Origin: Ignavibacteriales bacterium
GTDB taxonomy: Bacteria > Bacteroidota > Ignavibacteria > Ignavibacteriales > Ignavibacteriaceae
Direction of reading: 5' to 3'
DNA length: 64,000 nucleotides
NCBI GenBank assembly: GCA_020061465.1
Contig: JAGUYG010000022.1
Location: 19,135 to 83,134 of the forward strand
In this document: positions 7,617 to 16,068 of the stretch, piece after piece
Position numbering within the stretch: the stretch's first letter is position 1
How the letters are laid out: every line of letters starts with the position of its first letter
Notes under the pieces: generated by a model
Told to the model about the DNA's origin: nothing
What the model saw: only the letters and a program-made list of their open reading frames with translations
Databases searched by the model: none
Translations under genes and position numbers: made by a program

Positions 7617-8708
7617 ATGACTAAAAAGTTTTTCGTCATTCGACTTTTAACAGTGCTGATGATTGCTCTGGTTATATCAGTCAGTACTTTTTCACAATCG
7701 CAAGCACCGGTAAACCTTGGAACGGCTGGTAATTTTGTGATTCTGGCAAAATCTGGAATCTCAACTGTTCCTTCTTCCGCAATTACCGGTGATATTGGAG
7801 TTAGTCCAATTGATCAAACTGCCATAACCGGGTTCTCTTTAATACTTGATCCTTCGGGTGTTTTTGCGACATCAACCCAAGTAACCGGAAAGATATTCGC
7901 CGCCGATTTTGCAGACCCAACTCCGTCTAATCTAACCACAGCAATTGGCGATATGGAGACTGCATATACCGATGCAGCCGGACGAACAAATCCCAATTTC
8001 ACTGAACTGGGTGCCGGAGAAATCGGTGGTTTGACTCTTGTACCCGGACTCTACAAGTGGGGTACCGATGTTTTGATATCAACGGATGTCACTCTCGATG
8101 GTGGTCCAAATGATGTCTGGATATTCCAAATTGCGGGTGGTATTACTCTGGCTAATGGTAAGAGCGTTATCCTAACCGGTGGTGCATTACCTAAGAACAT
8201 CTTTTGGCAGTGCTTCGGTATTGCATCTATTGGAACAACTGCGCACTTTGAGGGAATCATATTGTCTCAAACATCAATCACCCTTGGGACAAGCGCATCT
8301 GTGAACGGCATACTATTGGCACAGACTGCAGTTTCGTTAAATGCCAATGCCGTCACCAAGCCCACAGGAGTTACCGGAGTCGAAACAGGATTCGTACCTG
8401 AAGAGTTCGCTCTCTTGCAGAACTATCCCAATCCGTTCAATCCATCCACTAAAATTAAATACAGTCTTGGAAACGCAGGTATGGTTTCACTCAAGTTGTA
8501 TAATGTGCTTGGACGTGAAGTTGTTTTACTCGTGAACGGCTACCATGAAGCTGGAAGCTACACCGCTGAGTTCAATACCAACAAGGGAAGACTCAAACTT
8601 GTGAGCGGTGTGTACTTTTACCGCTTTGAAGTCACACCAAAGAGTGAAGGCGCTTCTGTGCCCAACAGAGCCTTTGTTTCAGTTAAGAAGCTGCTTCTTT
8701 TGAAGTAA
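7617..8708 (+). CDS. DUF3494 (ice-binding-like) beta-solenoid protein with a T9SS type-A C-terminal sorting domain
   Basis: LGTAGNFVILAKSGISTVPSSAITGDIGVSPIDQTAITGF is the DUF3494 N-terminal signature. The C-terminus, FALLQNYPNPFNPSTKIKYSL...VSLKLYNVLGREVV...SGVYFYRF, is the Por/T9SS sorting tail. The ORF is open from 7530. I prefer the ATG at 7617 (MTKKFFVIRLLTVLMIALVISVSTFSQ) because it gives a normal signal peptide. Confidence 0.85.
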   Translation: MTKKFFVIRLLTVLMIALVISVSTFSQSQAPVNLGTAGNFVILAKSGISTVPSSAITGDIGVSPIDQTAITGFSLILDPSGVFATSTQVTGKIFAADFADPTPSNLTTAIGDMETAYTDAAGRTNPNFTELGAGEIGGLTLVPGLYKWGTDVLISTDVTLDGGPNDVWIFQIAGGITLANGKSVILTGGALPKNIFWQCFGIASIGTTAHFEGIILSQTSITLGTSASVNGILLAQTAVSLNANAVTKPTGVTGVETGFVPEEFALLQNYPNPFNPSTKIKYSLGNAGMVSLKLYNVLGREVVLLVNGYHEAGSYTAEFNTNKGRLKLVSGVYFYRFEVTPKSEGASVPNRAFVSVKKLLLLK

Positions 8709-8722
8709 GAACTGATCTCATT

Positions 8723-8740
8723 CCCCCGGAAGTCCGGGGG
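8723..8740 (+). terminator. GC-rich hairpin after the DUF3494 gene
   Basis: CCCCCGG-AAGT-CCGGGGG, 15 nt after the stop codon. There is no clear U-tract. Confidence 0.45.
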
Positions 8741-8807
8741 ATTGGGGCTGTATAAAAAGTTGGTAATACTTTTATTTGCAACCAAATAAAACTGAGCGAA
8801 ACTATTT

Positions 8808-8853
8808 ACTCACCTAGCGATGTAGTTCCTTTTTCATCGCTTTGGACTATTGA
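8808..8853 (+). promoter_or_regulatory. regulon box copy D (GATGTAG subtype) upstream of the five-gene giant-protein operon
   Basis: TACTCACCTAGCGATGTAGTTCCTTTTTCATCGCTTTGGACTATTGA. Here the inverted half-sites extend to AGCGATG...CATCGCT. Confidence 0.6.
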
Positions 8854-9028
8854 ATACTATCCAATAACTACCTATATTAAATAGGATTATAACCCAACGA
8901 TTACTTGATTTTGAAAAACGACACTTGTTTTTTTTGAATTAAAAAATAACAGGCATTATACCTTAGTTATTCTGCAAGGCTATTACCATTAAAAATATAA
9001 CGATCTACCAACCAAAATATGGTGTATC

Positions 9029-12000
9029 ATGCGAAAAATTTTTCTGCTTATAATATTATTTTTCTTTACCGGGTTTTGCTTTGCTCAGGTATTAGTAATA
9101 CTTCAGCAGCCTCCTCCAAACCAGCTTCGTGCTACTGATATTTGGAATCTTACACTTACAAACACAACCCGCAATAATATTGTGGTAACAATATCCGGAA
9201 CTCTCGAAGAAGCGGGTGCTGGAATAATAGTAGATGGAACTTCAAAACCTATAAGCTTACAGCCCGGGACAAAGAGAATTACTTATGACGATGTTAAAAG
9301 CGGAAATGTAAATTTTAAATCCGGTAAGTGGAGAGAAGCATTTACACGTACCGGTAATACCCCATCAGGAGATTATACAATTTGTATTCAGGTAAAAAAT
9401 GAATCCGGCGAAGAAATTGGAAGCGACTGCATAGAACAAAGAGTTGAAATAATTTCTTCGCTTATACTAATTTCACCTACTGATGAAGAAACTATTCCAG
9501 CAGAGCAGCAGCCATCATTTACCTGGTTGACACCAATGCCGGTTCCTTCAGGACAAATAACCTACAAATTAAAAATAGTTGAGATACTTGGAAATCAATC
9601 TCCTGAAGAAGCTATGCTAAGAAACCGGGCATGGTTTGAGAAGCCGGATATCAGATCAACAATGTTTCAGTATCCTATATCGGCAAGAAAAATTGAAGCA
9701 GGAAAAAAATATGCATGGCAGATTTTTGCTATGCAGAATAATTCATCTCTGTCTTCCAGTGAAATTTGGAAATATAATACTGATACAAGCAGTAATACGT
9801 TAAAGAGTCTTACCACAACCAGTGATGATAGCAGCAGTAGTGGTAATGATAGTAGTAGCAATAGTAATCCACAACTTCCGGTATCAAGCTGCCAATCAAT
9901 AGCGCAAGCTGCAATTATTACAAACCAAATAGCTTCATCAAAATCTGCAAATGATTTTGTTCAACAATTTATCAAAGTCGGTCATTTTAATATGAAAGTG
10001 CTCACTGCATCAGGAAGCAGTTCGGCGTTAACCGGAACAGGTTCAATAGTTGTTTCCTGGCTTAAAACACCAATAGCCGTTGAATTTAAAAATATAAAAG
10101 TAAATACGGTAGATGAACTATATAACGGCGAGGTTATAACACAATTTGATCAAACACCAAGTACTTGGCCTCAACAATGGTTAATAAATGGAACCGGTAC
10201 TTTCAATTGGACAACCACAAAAGTAAAACAATTAAATAATTGGCTTCACAATACTATAAGTAATTATCCCGTTGCAAATAAACTTGTAAAAGATTTTGAC
10301 TTAAACCAGATGGTTCAGGATTATACTAATACACCCTTAAAACTCCCTTTAGGTGTTAATAATGCAGACGGCTACACAATTGCTATTTCAGAAATGAAGT
10401 TTGAGCCGACAAGTGCAAAATTAAATTGTCTCGCAATTTTTCCGGTTAATGAATATAATGACAGTGTTGGTTTTAAAGGTTCAAATATAGTTTTCTCAAC
10501 AGGAGGACCCTCATTACAATCCGCAAAACTTGGTTTAATTGACGATGTAACTTTTATTGGAAATGTACCCAATGGAGATTCCTATCATTTAGTATTTAAA
10601 AAAGAACAAGGGGCATCGGACGGTACATTTATAGAATGGGACTGTGAAGGCTTTCGTGAATTAAATATTGATCTGGATGTATTATTTCCAAGAAGCTGGT
10701 TAAAACCTGTACCCGACAATGGTACGGATAAGGTTATATGTAATATCAAAACAAATATTGTTAAGTGGGATGACTGGATGATTGAGGCGAACCTGCCCAA
10801 TAGCACAATTTCCGGTACGCAGGGAATGGAGCTCGAGGTTACCTCGTTTTATTATGACCATTCTTCGGTCAGAAATCCTGATTCACTATCATTCCCGGCA
10901 AATTATCCTGTGGGCGCTACTACCGGTTTAGATTTCACCGGTTTCTTCATTAAGAATGCTAAAATAAAATTCCCGGATAATTTCAAAACTTCTAACCAAA
11001 ATGTTACCATTAATATTGAAAAAATGATTATCAATAAACAAGGGTTAACAGGAAAAGTTACGGCAAAAGATATTATAACATTTCCAAATGGAAATGTATC
11101 CGATCTTGGTGCAAGCTTAGACACGTTAAAGCTTGAAATCATTTGCAGCTCATTGACAAATGCTTATCTGCGCGGAAAGATTGTCCTGCCGGTATCGGAA
11201 GTAAACGCAGCTAATGCACTTTTATTTAAAGCAACATTTGCTTCAAATAATGGATTTCAATTTACCATTCAACCGCAGGGACCTATAACCGCAAAATTTT
11301 TCTCTGATGCAAAGCTTGTATTAGCAAATACTTCAACTCTTAGTCTTTCAATTAATAACAGTACAAATTTTGATATTAAGCTGAACGGCGATTTTGAATG
11401 GGCTAATATAAATATCGGACCTGTTAAAAATGTAAAAATGAAAATGGGCTTTCAGAATGTGGGAATGAGCTATGACAACATCGCTAACAGTAATAATTTT
11501 ACTTTTAACAAAGGTACATGGAGTTTTGCAAGCCCGCCAAAATTCTTGGCAAATTTTCCGGTTAGTATCAAATACGTTAATTTCAATATGAAGCCGAAGC
11601 AAGGAAGTGAAGTTCTCCGAGGCGCATTATCATTTTCAGTTGTGGTTAATCTTGATGAGAAAATCGGCGGAACATCTGCTCTATCAGTAATTGGCGCTAT
11701 AGAAAAAAATCCTTCAACCGGAAAATTCACACCAACATTCGTGGGAGTTAATTTAGATACCATTAAAGTATTTGCAAACTTATCTGCAGTTAAGCTTGAT
11801 GGCAGTATTGCATTCTTTAATGGCAGCCCGGTAGAAGGGAACGGATTTAAGGGAACGATAAAGGCTACCGTGAATTCCATAAAAACAGAGATTAGTTCTA
11901 TGTTAATAATGGGGTCAACTAATTACAATAACGGAAATAATTTTTTTAGATACTGGTATGTTGATGCTAAAGTGATACTTCCAAAAACTTCCGGAATTCC

Positions 12001-13885
12001 GTTCCTTTCCGGTTTAGCTTTTTATGGTTTTGGAGTGGGAGTGTGGAAAAGAATGGATGTTGGGAACATTCCGGCGCTTAACTTATCCAGCATTGAAAAT
12101 GCAGCCCAAACTAATAACACAACATCATCCGGTACAAGTTTTACTCCTAATAAAAATATAGGACTTGGCTTAAAAGTTCTCGCAGTAATAGGCACTTACC
12201 CTGAGCCTAATGCCTTTAACAGCGATGCTACTTTAAGCGGACAGTTTACAACAACAGGCGGTCTAAATAAAATAGAATTTAATTTTGACTTCTGGTGTAT
12301 GACCGATTTAACTAAGAGAAGTGATGCCACTATTTTGGGTAATGCAAATGTACAGTATGTACCGCCGACAAAAGTATTTTCTTTAACAGCATCTGCATTA
12401 ATTGATAAAGCGCCGGTTACAACAAAAGGAATTGGAAATCCTAACGATAGAGTAAATCTTGCTTTATACATAAATGGAAAAACAAGCAAATGGTATTTTA
12501 TATGCGGCACTCCAAATCAAACTAACAAAATTAAAGTTTTAGGAATAACCGCATGGGAATATTTTTTATTAGGAAATGACATTGGTCAGTTTGTTAGAAC
12601 CGGTTTTCAGCAAACAACTATTTCAGGATTAAATAGTGTTGGAATGTCATATTCTAATAATGTTCCAACAACAGTACCTTCACAATCATCAACCGGAAAA
12701 GGTTTTGCTTTTGGAGTTGGGGTAAGTTTTAGTAATGATAAATCCAAGCATATATTATCATTGCCGCGAGGTAATGTTTATCTTAACTATGGTGCAGGCG
12801 GAGGTTTTGAAGTTAATTTATCTTTACTTCAATATCCTAATGCTACTGTATGTGGAAGCACTTCTCCTATTGGTTTTAGAAACTGGTATGCTCAGGGTGG
12901 GGTAGCTGCCTGGTTTTATGGATATGTTAAAGTAACAGTTCCTAAAAAAAGCGGGATTTGTATTATATGCTGCGGATCTTCAGGAACTTGTGATTATAAT
13001 TTTGCTTCAATCAAAACAGGTTTGTGGGTGCAAGCCGGTTTTCCGAATCCTGTATGGGTAACCGGAGAGGCGCTTGTTTCAGTTAATGTACTTGATCTTT
13101 TTGATTGGTCAGCAACAGTAGACCTTAATTACGGAACACCTTGTACGCCAACTCCTTTGCCTGATAATCAAACTTACACACAGGAAGATGCAACCCAGCA
13201 AATTGGGGATATGATAATTAGCATTGATACTCCTCCTTCAACTGAAAGATTTGATCCGGCTAAGAAAATAGGTGTTGTGTTTGGGTTTACTCCTAATGAA
13301 GTCTTTGATGTTCAAGAAGGACAGTCTGATGGTTCTATACTTAACAGAACATTTCAGGTAAAATATTTTGGAACATTAACTTCGTTAGGTCCGGCGCCAT
13401 TAAATTTACAGCCATCATCTGTAACGCAAAGTACACCACTAACCAGTCAGACATTATCAGCAAATCAAATTGCAGTTTCACATCAAAACTTTCAAACATT
13501 AACACTCTATAATCAACCTTCAAGTTCAATACATCTAAATTCCAATACAAGTAATTTGATTAATCTTGTAAGAAGCGCCGGAACAAACTCAATCGGTCAA
13601 TATGAATATTATATACAGCGAACTTTTTTATTGAACTATAGAAATCTTGAAGATACTACTCGTTATAAATTTACAGTCCGTGCAGAACTATGGGGAATAA
13701 AACCAGGCACTGCAAATGTCTGGGAAAAAGCAAAATCAAACAGCGGTAATTTTATAACTGAAACAAGAACTGCTATTTTCAGTTCAGGAATTTTGCAGCC
13801 GGTAACCATTCAACCCGCATCTTCGAACAATTACCAAAATAGATTAAGCAGTCAAAATCAACCAAGTAATAGCCAGAGAAGATAA
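9029..13885 (+). CDS. 1618-aa exported protein: signal peptide, shared N-terminal two-domain module, Ser-rich linker, ~1300 aa of uncharacterised beta-rich sequence
   Basis: Signal peptide MRKIFLLIILFFFTGFCFAQ. Module A is LQQPPPNQL...PSGDYTICIQV. Module B is FTWLTPMP...YKLKIVEILGNQSPEEAM...FQYP...GKKYAWQI. The linker is TTTSDDSSSSGNDSSSNSN. There is no T9SS tail and no recognisable catalytic motif. Confidence 0.85.
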   Translation: MRKIFLLIILFFFTGFCFAQVLVILQQPPPNQLRATDIWNLTLTNTTRNNIVVTISGTLEEAGAGIIVDGTSKPISLQPGTKRITYDDVKSGNVNFKSGKWREAFTRTGNTPSGDYTICIQVKNESGEEIGSDCIEQRVEIISSLILISPTDEETIPAEQQPSFTWLTPMPVPSGQITYKLKIVEILGNQSPEEAMLRNRAWFEKPDIRSTMFQYPISARKIEAGKKYAWQIFAMQNNSSLSSSEIWKYNTDTSSNTLKSLTTTSDDSSSSGNDSSSNSNPQLPVSSCQSIAQAAIITNQIASSKSANDFVQQFIKVGHFNMKVLTASGSSSALTGTGSIVVSWLKTPIAVEFKNIKVNTVDELYNGEVITQFDQTPSTWPQQWLINGTGTFNWTTTKVKQLNNWLHNTISNYPVANKLVKDFDLNQMVQDYTNTPLKLPLGVNNADGYTIAISEMKFEPTSAKLNCLAIFPVNEYNDSVGFKGSNIVFSTGGPSLQSAKLGLIDDVTFIGNVPNGDSYHLVFKKEQGASDGTFIEWDCEGFRELNIDLDVLFPRSWLKPVPDNGTDKVICNIKTNIVKWDDWMIEANLPNSTISGTQGMELEVTSFYYDHSSVRNPDSLSFPANYPVGATTGLDFTGFFIKNAKIKFPDNFKTSNQNVTINIEKMIINKQGLTGKVTAKDIITFPNGNVSDLGASLDTLKLEIICSSLTNAYLRGKIVLPVSEVNAANALLFKATFASNNGFQFTIQPQGPITAKFFSDAKLVLANTSTLSLSINNSTNFDIKLNGDFEWANINIGPVKNVKMKMGFQNVGMSYDNIANSNNFTFNKGTWSFASPPKFLANFPVSIKYVNFNMKPKQGSEVLRGALSFSVVVNLDEKIGGTSALSVIGAIEKNPSTGKFTPTFVGVNLDTIKVFANLSAVKLDGSIAFFNGSPVEGNGFKGTIKATVNSIKTEISSMLIMGSTNYNNGNNFFRYWYVDAKVILPKTSGIPFLSGLAFYGFGVGVWKRMDVGNIPALNLSSIENAAQTNNTTSSGTSFTPNKNIGLGLKVLAVIGTYPEPNAFNSDATLSGQFTTTGGLNKIEFNFDFWCMTDLTKRSDATILGNANVQYVPPTKVFSLTASALIDKAPVTTKGIGNPNDRVNLALYINGKTSKWYFICGTPNQTNKIKVLGITAWEYFLLGNDIGQFVRTGFQQTTISGLNSVGMSYSNNVPTTVPSQSSTGKGFAFGVGVSFSNDKSKHILSLPRGNVYLNYGAGGGFEVNLSLLQYPNATVCGSTSPIGFRNWYAQGGVAAWFYGYVKVTVPKKSGICIICCGSSGTCDYNFASIKTGLWVQAGFPNPVWVTGEALVSVNVLDLFDWSATVDLNYGTPCTPTPLPDNQTYTQEDATQQIGDMIISIDTPPSTERFDPAKKIGVVFGFTPNEVFDVQEGQSDGSILNRTFQVKYFGTLTSLGPAPLNLQPSSVTQSTPLTSQTLSANQIAVSHQNFQTLTLYNQPSSSIHLNSNTSNLINLVRSAGTNSIGQYEYYIQRTFLLNYRNLEDTTRYKFTVRAELWGIKPGTANVWEKAKSNSGNFITETRTAIFSSGILQPVTIQPASSNNYQNRLSSQNQPSNSQRR

Positions 13886-13887
13886 TT

Positions 13888-16068
13888 ATGAAATTAATAA
13901 AAATAATTATTCTGATAATTTCCATTCATATATTTGTCAATGCGCAGATTGACACAGCAATACCGGAAAAAGATAGCGTAAGCATTGATGATTTGAATGA
14001 AGGACTCAAAACAAAAATTGGAATTATTGCAAGAACATATTCAGATTCCGTTATTGTCAGGTGGGCAGTTTCCAAACCGGCGGTATGGAGTATATGTAAA
14101 GAATTTGGTTTTATTTTAGAACGCGCACCAATATTGCAAAATAATTCTTACGGTGAATTCAAATCGGTTAAAGAAGGTGCGTTTAAACCCTGGACAGATG
14201 ATCAATGGGAATCGTATTTCAATTCAAGACCGGAAAGAGTTGACGACTCAGAAATTGATTATGATGTTTTTGCATATCTGTTCGGATCATCAGATCAAGA
14301 TGTTTCCGATGTGAAAATAGAAACCTCAACTGGTAATGAGCTGCAGAATTTAAAAGATAAAAAAAGCAAATTGGATTGGCAGTTACTCTTTGCAATGTTA
14401 TCGGCAAATAGCAGCAGCAATGCAGCAGAAGGACTTGGATTAAGATACGTTGATAAAGATGTGAAGTTCGGAGAAAGATATGTATATAAAATAAATTTAG
14501 CGGGGAAATCTCCCGTTTATATTCTTGAAGAAGGGCTTATTGAAGTAAAAGTTGAGCCATATAATCCCAACTTTGCTAAACAAGATATCTCGGCTTCTGA
14601 AAATGAAGGCAGCATAGGGATAAACTGGAATGCGAATAATAAATTATCTTTTTATAAAATTGAACGCTCTGATGATAATGGCAGCACATTTAAAAAGTTA
14701 ACAAAGACTCCCTTGCTAACTATGAAAAATAAGTCCGCTGAAAATGATTCATCCGAAGGTTATCTCGACACGTTAATTGTAAATTACAAACCATATATCT
14801 ACAGAGTTTACGGCACTACTTCATTTGCAGATAATGTTTTGATAGGTGAAATAAAAGCTATGGGTAGAGACCGGACCCCTCCCGAACAGCCTTTTGTTCC
14901 CCAACCTGAACAGATAAACGACAATGAAGTAAAAATAATTTGGAAGATGAGCGATACTCCGGCAAAAGATCTGAAAGGATTCTACATAGGGCGTGATACT
15001 TCATCTTCCGGAGAATTTAAATATATAACCAAACTATTATCCCCAACGTCAAGAGAGTATATTGATAAAAATTTTTTAAGAGATGCTTCTAATTTTTATT
15101 TGGTAGAGGCAGTTGATACGGCAGGTAATATAAGCCAGTCTTATCCTGTTTATGTTGCATTAAATGATACTACTCCGCCGGTAAAACCTGAGTGGCTTAA
15201 AGGCTCAATGGATTCTGTTGGTGTAGTTACCCTAATATTAAAGCCAAATGTTGAAAAGGATTTAATGGGTTACCGGATATTAATATCCAATTCACCTGAG
15301 CATGAGTTTTCCTCTATCATAGAATCGTTCGGAAATGATTCTTTAGACTTTGCAGGTATAACCGAATTTAAAGATACAGTCACACTTGAAACTACAACTC
15401 CTTATGTGTATTACCGTGCAGCAGCTCTTGATAACCGTTACAATGAATCTGAACTATCCGGAATAATAGCTATTCGAAGACCCGATATTATAGCTCCTAT
15501 TGTTCCTGTTATAATTGATGTCTCGGTTACTGATAAATCCGTGACTCTATTTTTCGCTCCAAGCACAAGCGAGGATGTAAATTATCATGTTGCATTTCGC
15601 AGGATATTAGGGGAAGAGAAATGGGATAGTCTTTCTGCCTTGGGTTCTACCGATACTACTTTCACCGATAATAATGTTAAACCGAATATTATGTATGAAT
15701 ACTCTTTGCTTGCCGTTGACAGTTCTGGATTACGTTCCGAATTCTCATTTTCTGTTACTGCCAGACCATATTATACCGGTGTTCTTACAGCAATAAAAAA
15801 TTTAAAAATAGAATATGATGAGAAGAAAAACGGAACAATACTAAATTGGGATTATGAAAATTCGGAGGGAGTATATTTTGTAGTTTATCGAGCATTCGAA
15901 AAAACTTTACCGGGCAGATATGCAACAGTAAAGGAATCGGAATCAAGAATTTTTACGGACGAAAAATTAACATCCGGGAAAGGCAATTACAGTTACGCGG
16001 TCAAAGTTTTCGATAATTTAGGCGGCGAATCAAAAATGAGTGAAACGGTAAATATTTATGTCAAATAA
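13888..16068 (+). CDS. 726-aa exported protein with several fibronectin-type-III-like repeats
   Basis: Signal peptide MKLIKIIILIISIHIFVNAQ. Repeats begin with TPPxxP / IIAPIVP linkers followed by an Fn3-like pattern (EVKIIWKMS...GFYIGR...YLVEAVDTAGNIS; VVTLILKPN...GYRILIS...YYRAAALDNRYNES; SVTLFFAPS...YHVAFRR...YSLLAVDSSGLRS). The start codon lies 3 nt after the upstream stop. Confidence 0.8.
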   Translation: MKLIKIIILIISIHIFVNAQIDTAIPEKDSVSIDDLNEGLKTKIGIIARTYSDSVIVRWAVSKPAVWSICKEFGFILERAPILQNNSYGEFKSVKEGAFKPWTDDQWESYFNSRPERVDDSEIDYDVFAYLFGSSDQDVSDVKIETSTGNELQNLKDKKSKLDWQLLFAMLSANSSSNAAEGLGLRYVDKDVKFGERYVYKINLAGKSPVYILEEGLIEVKVEPYNPNFAKQDISASENEGSIGINWNANNKLSFYKIERSDDNGSTFKKLTKTPLLTMKNKSAENDSSEGYLDTLIVNYKPYIYRVYGTTSFADNVLIGEIKAMGRDRTPPEQPFVPQPEQINDNEVKIIWKMSDTPAKDLKGFYIGRDTSSSGEFKYITKLLSPTSREYIDKNFLRDASNFYLVEAVDTAGNISQSYPVYVALNDTTPPVKPEWLKGSMDSVGVVTLILKPNVEKDLMGYRILISNSPEHEFSSIIESFGNDSLDFAGITEFKDTVTLETTTPYVYYRAAALDNRYNESELSGIIAIRRPDIIAPIVPVIIDVSVTDKSVTLFFAPSTSEDVNYHVAFRRILGEEKWDSLSALGSTDTTFTDNNVKPNIMYEYSLLAVDSSGLRSEFSFSVTARPYYTGVLTAIKNLKIEYDEKKNGTILNWDYENSEGVYFVVYRAFEKTLPGRYATVKESESRIFTDEKLTSGKGNYSYAVKVFDNLGGESKMSETVNIYVK

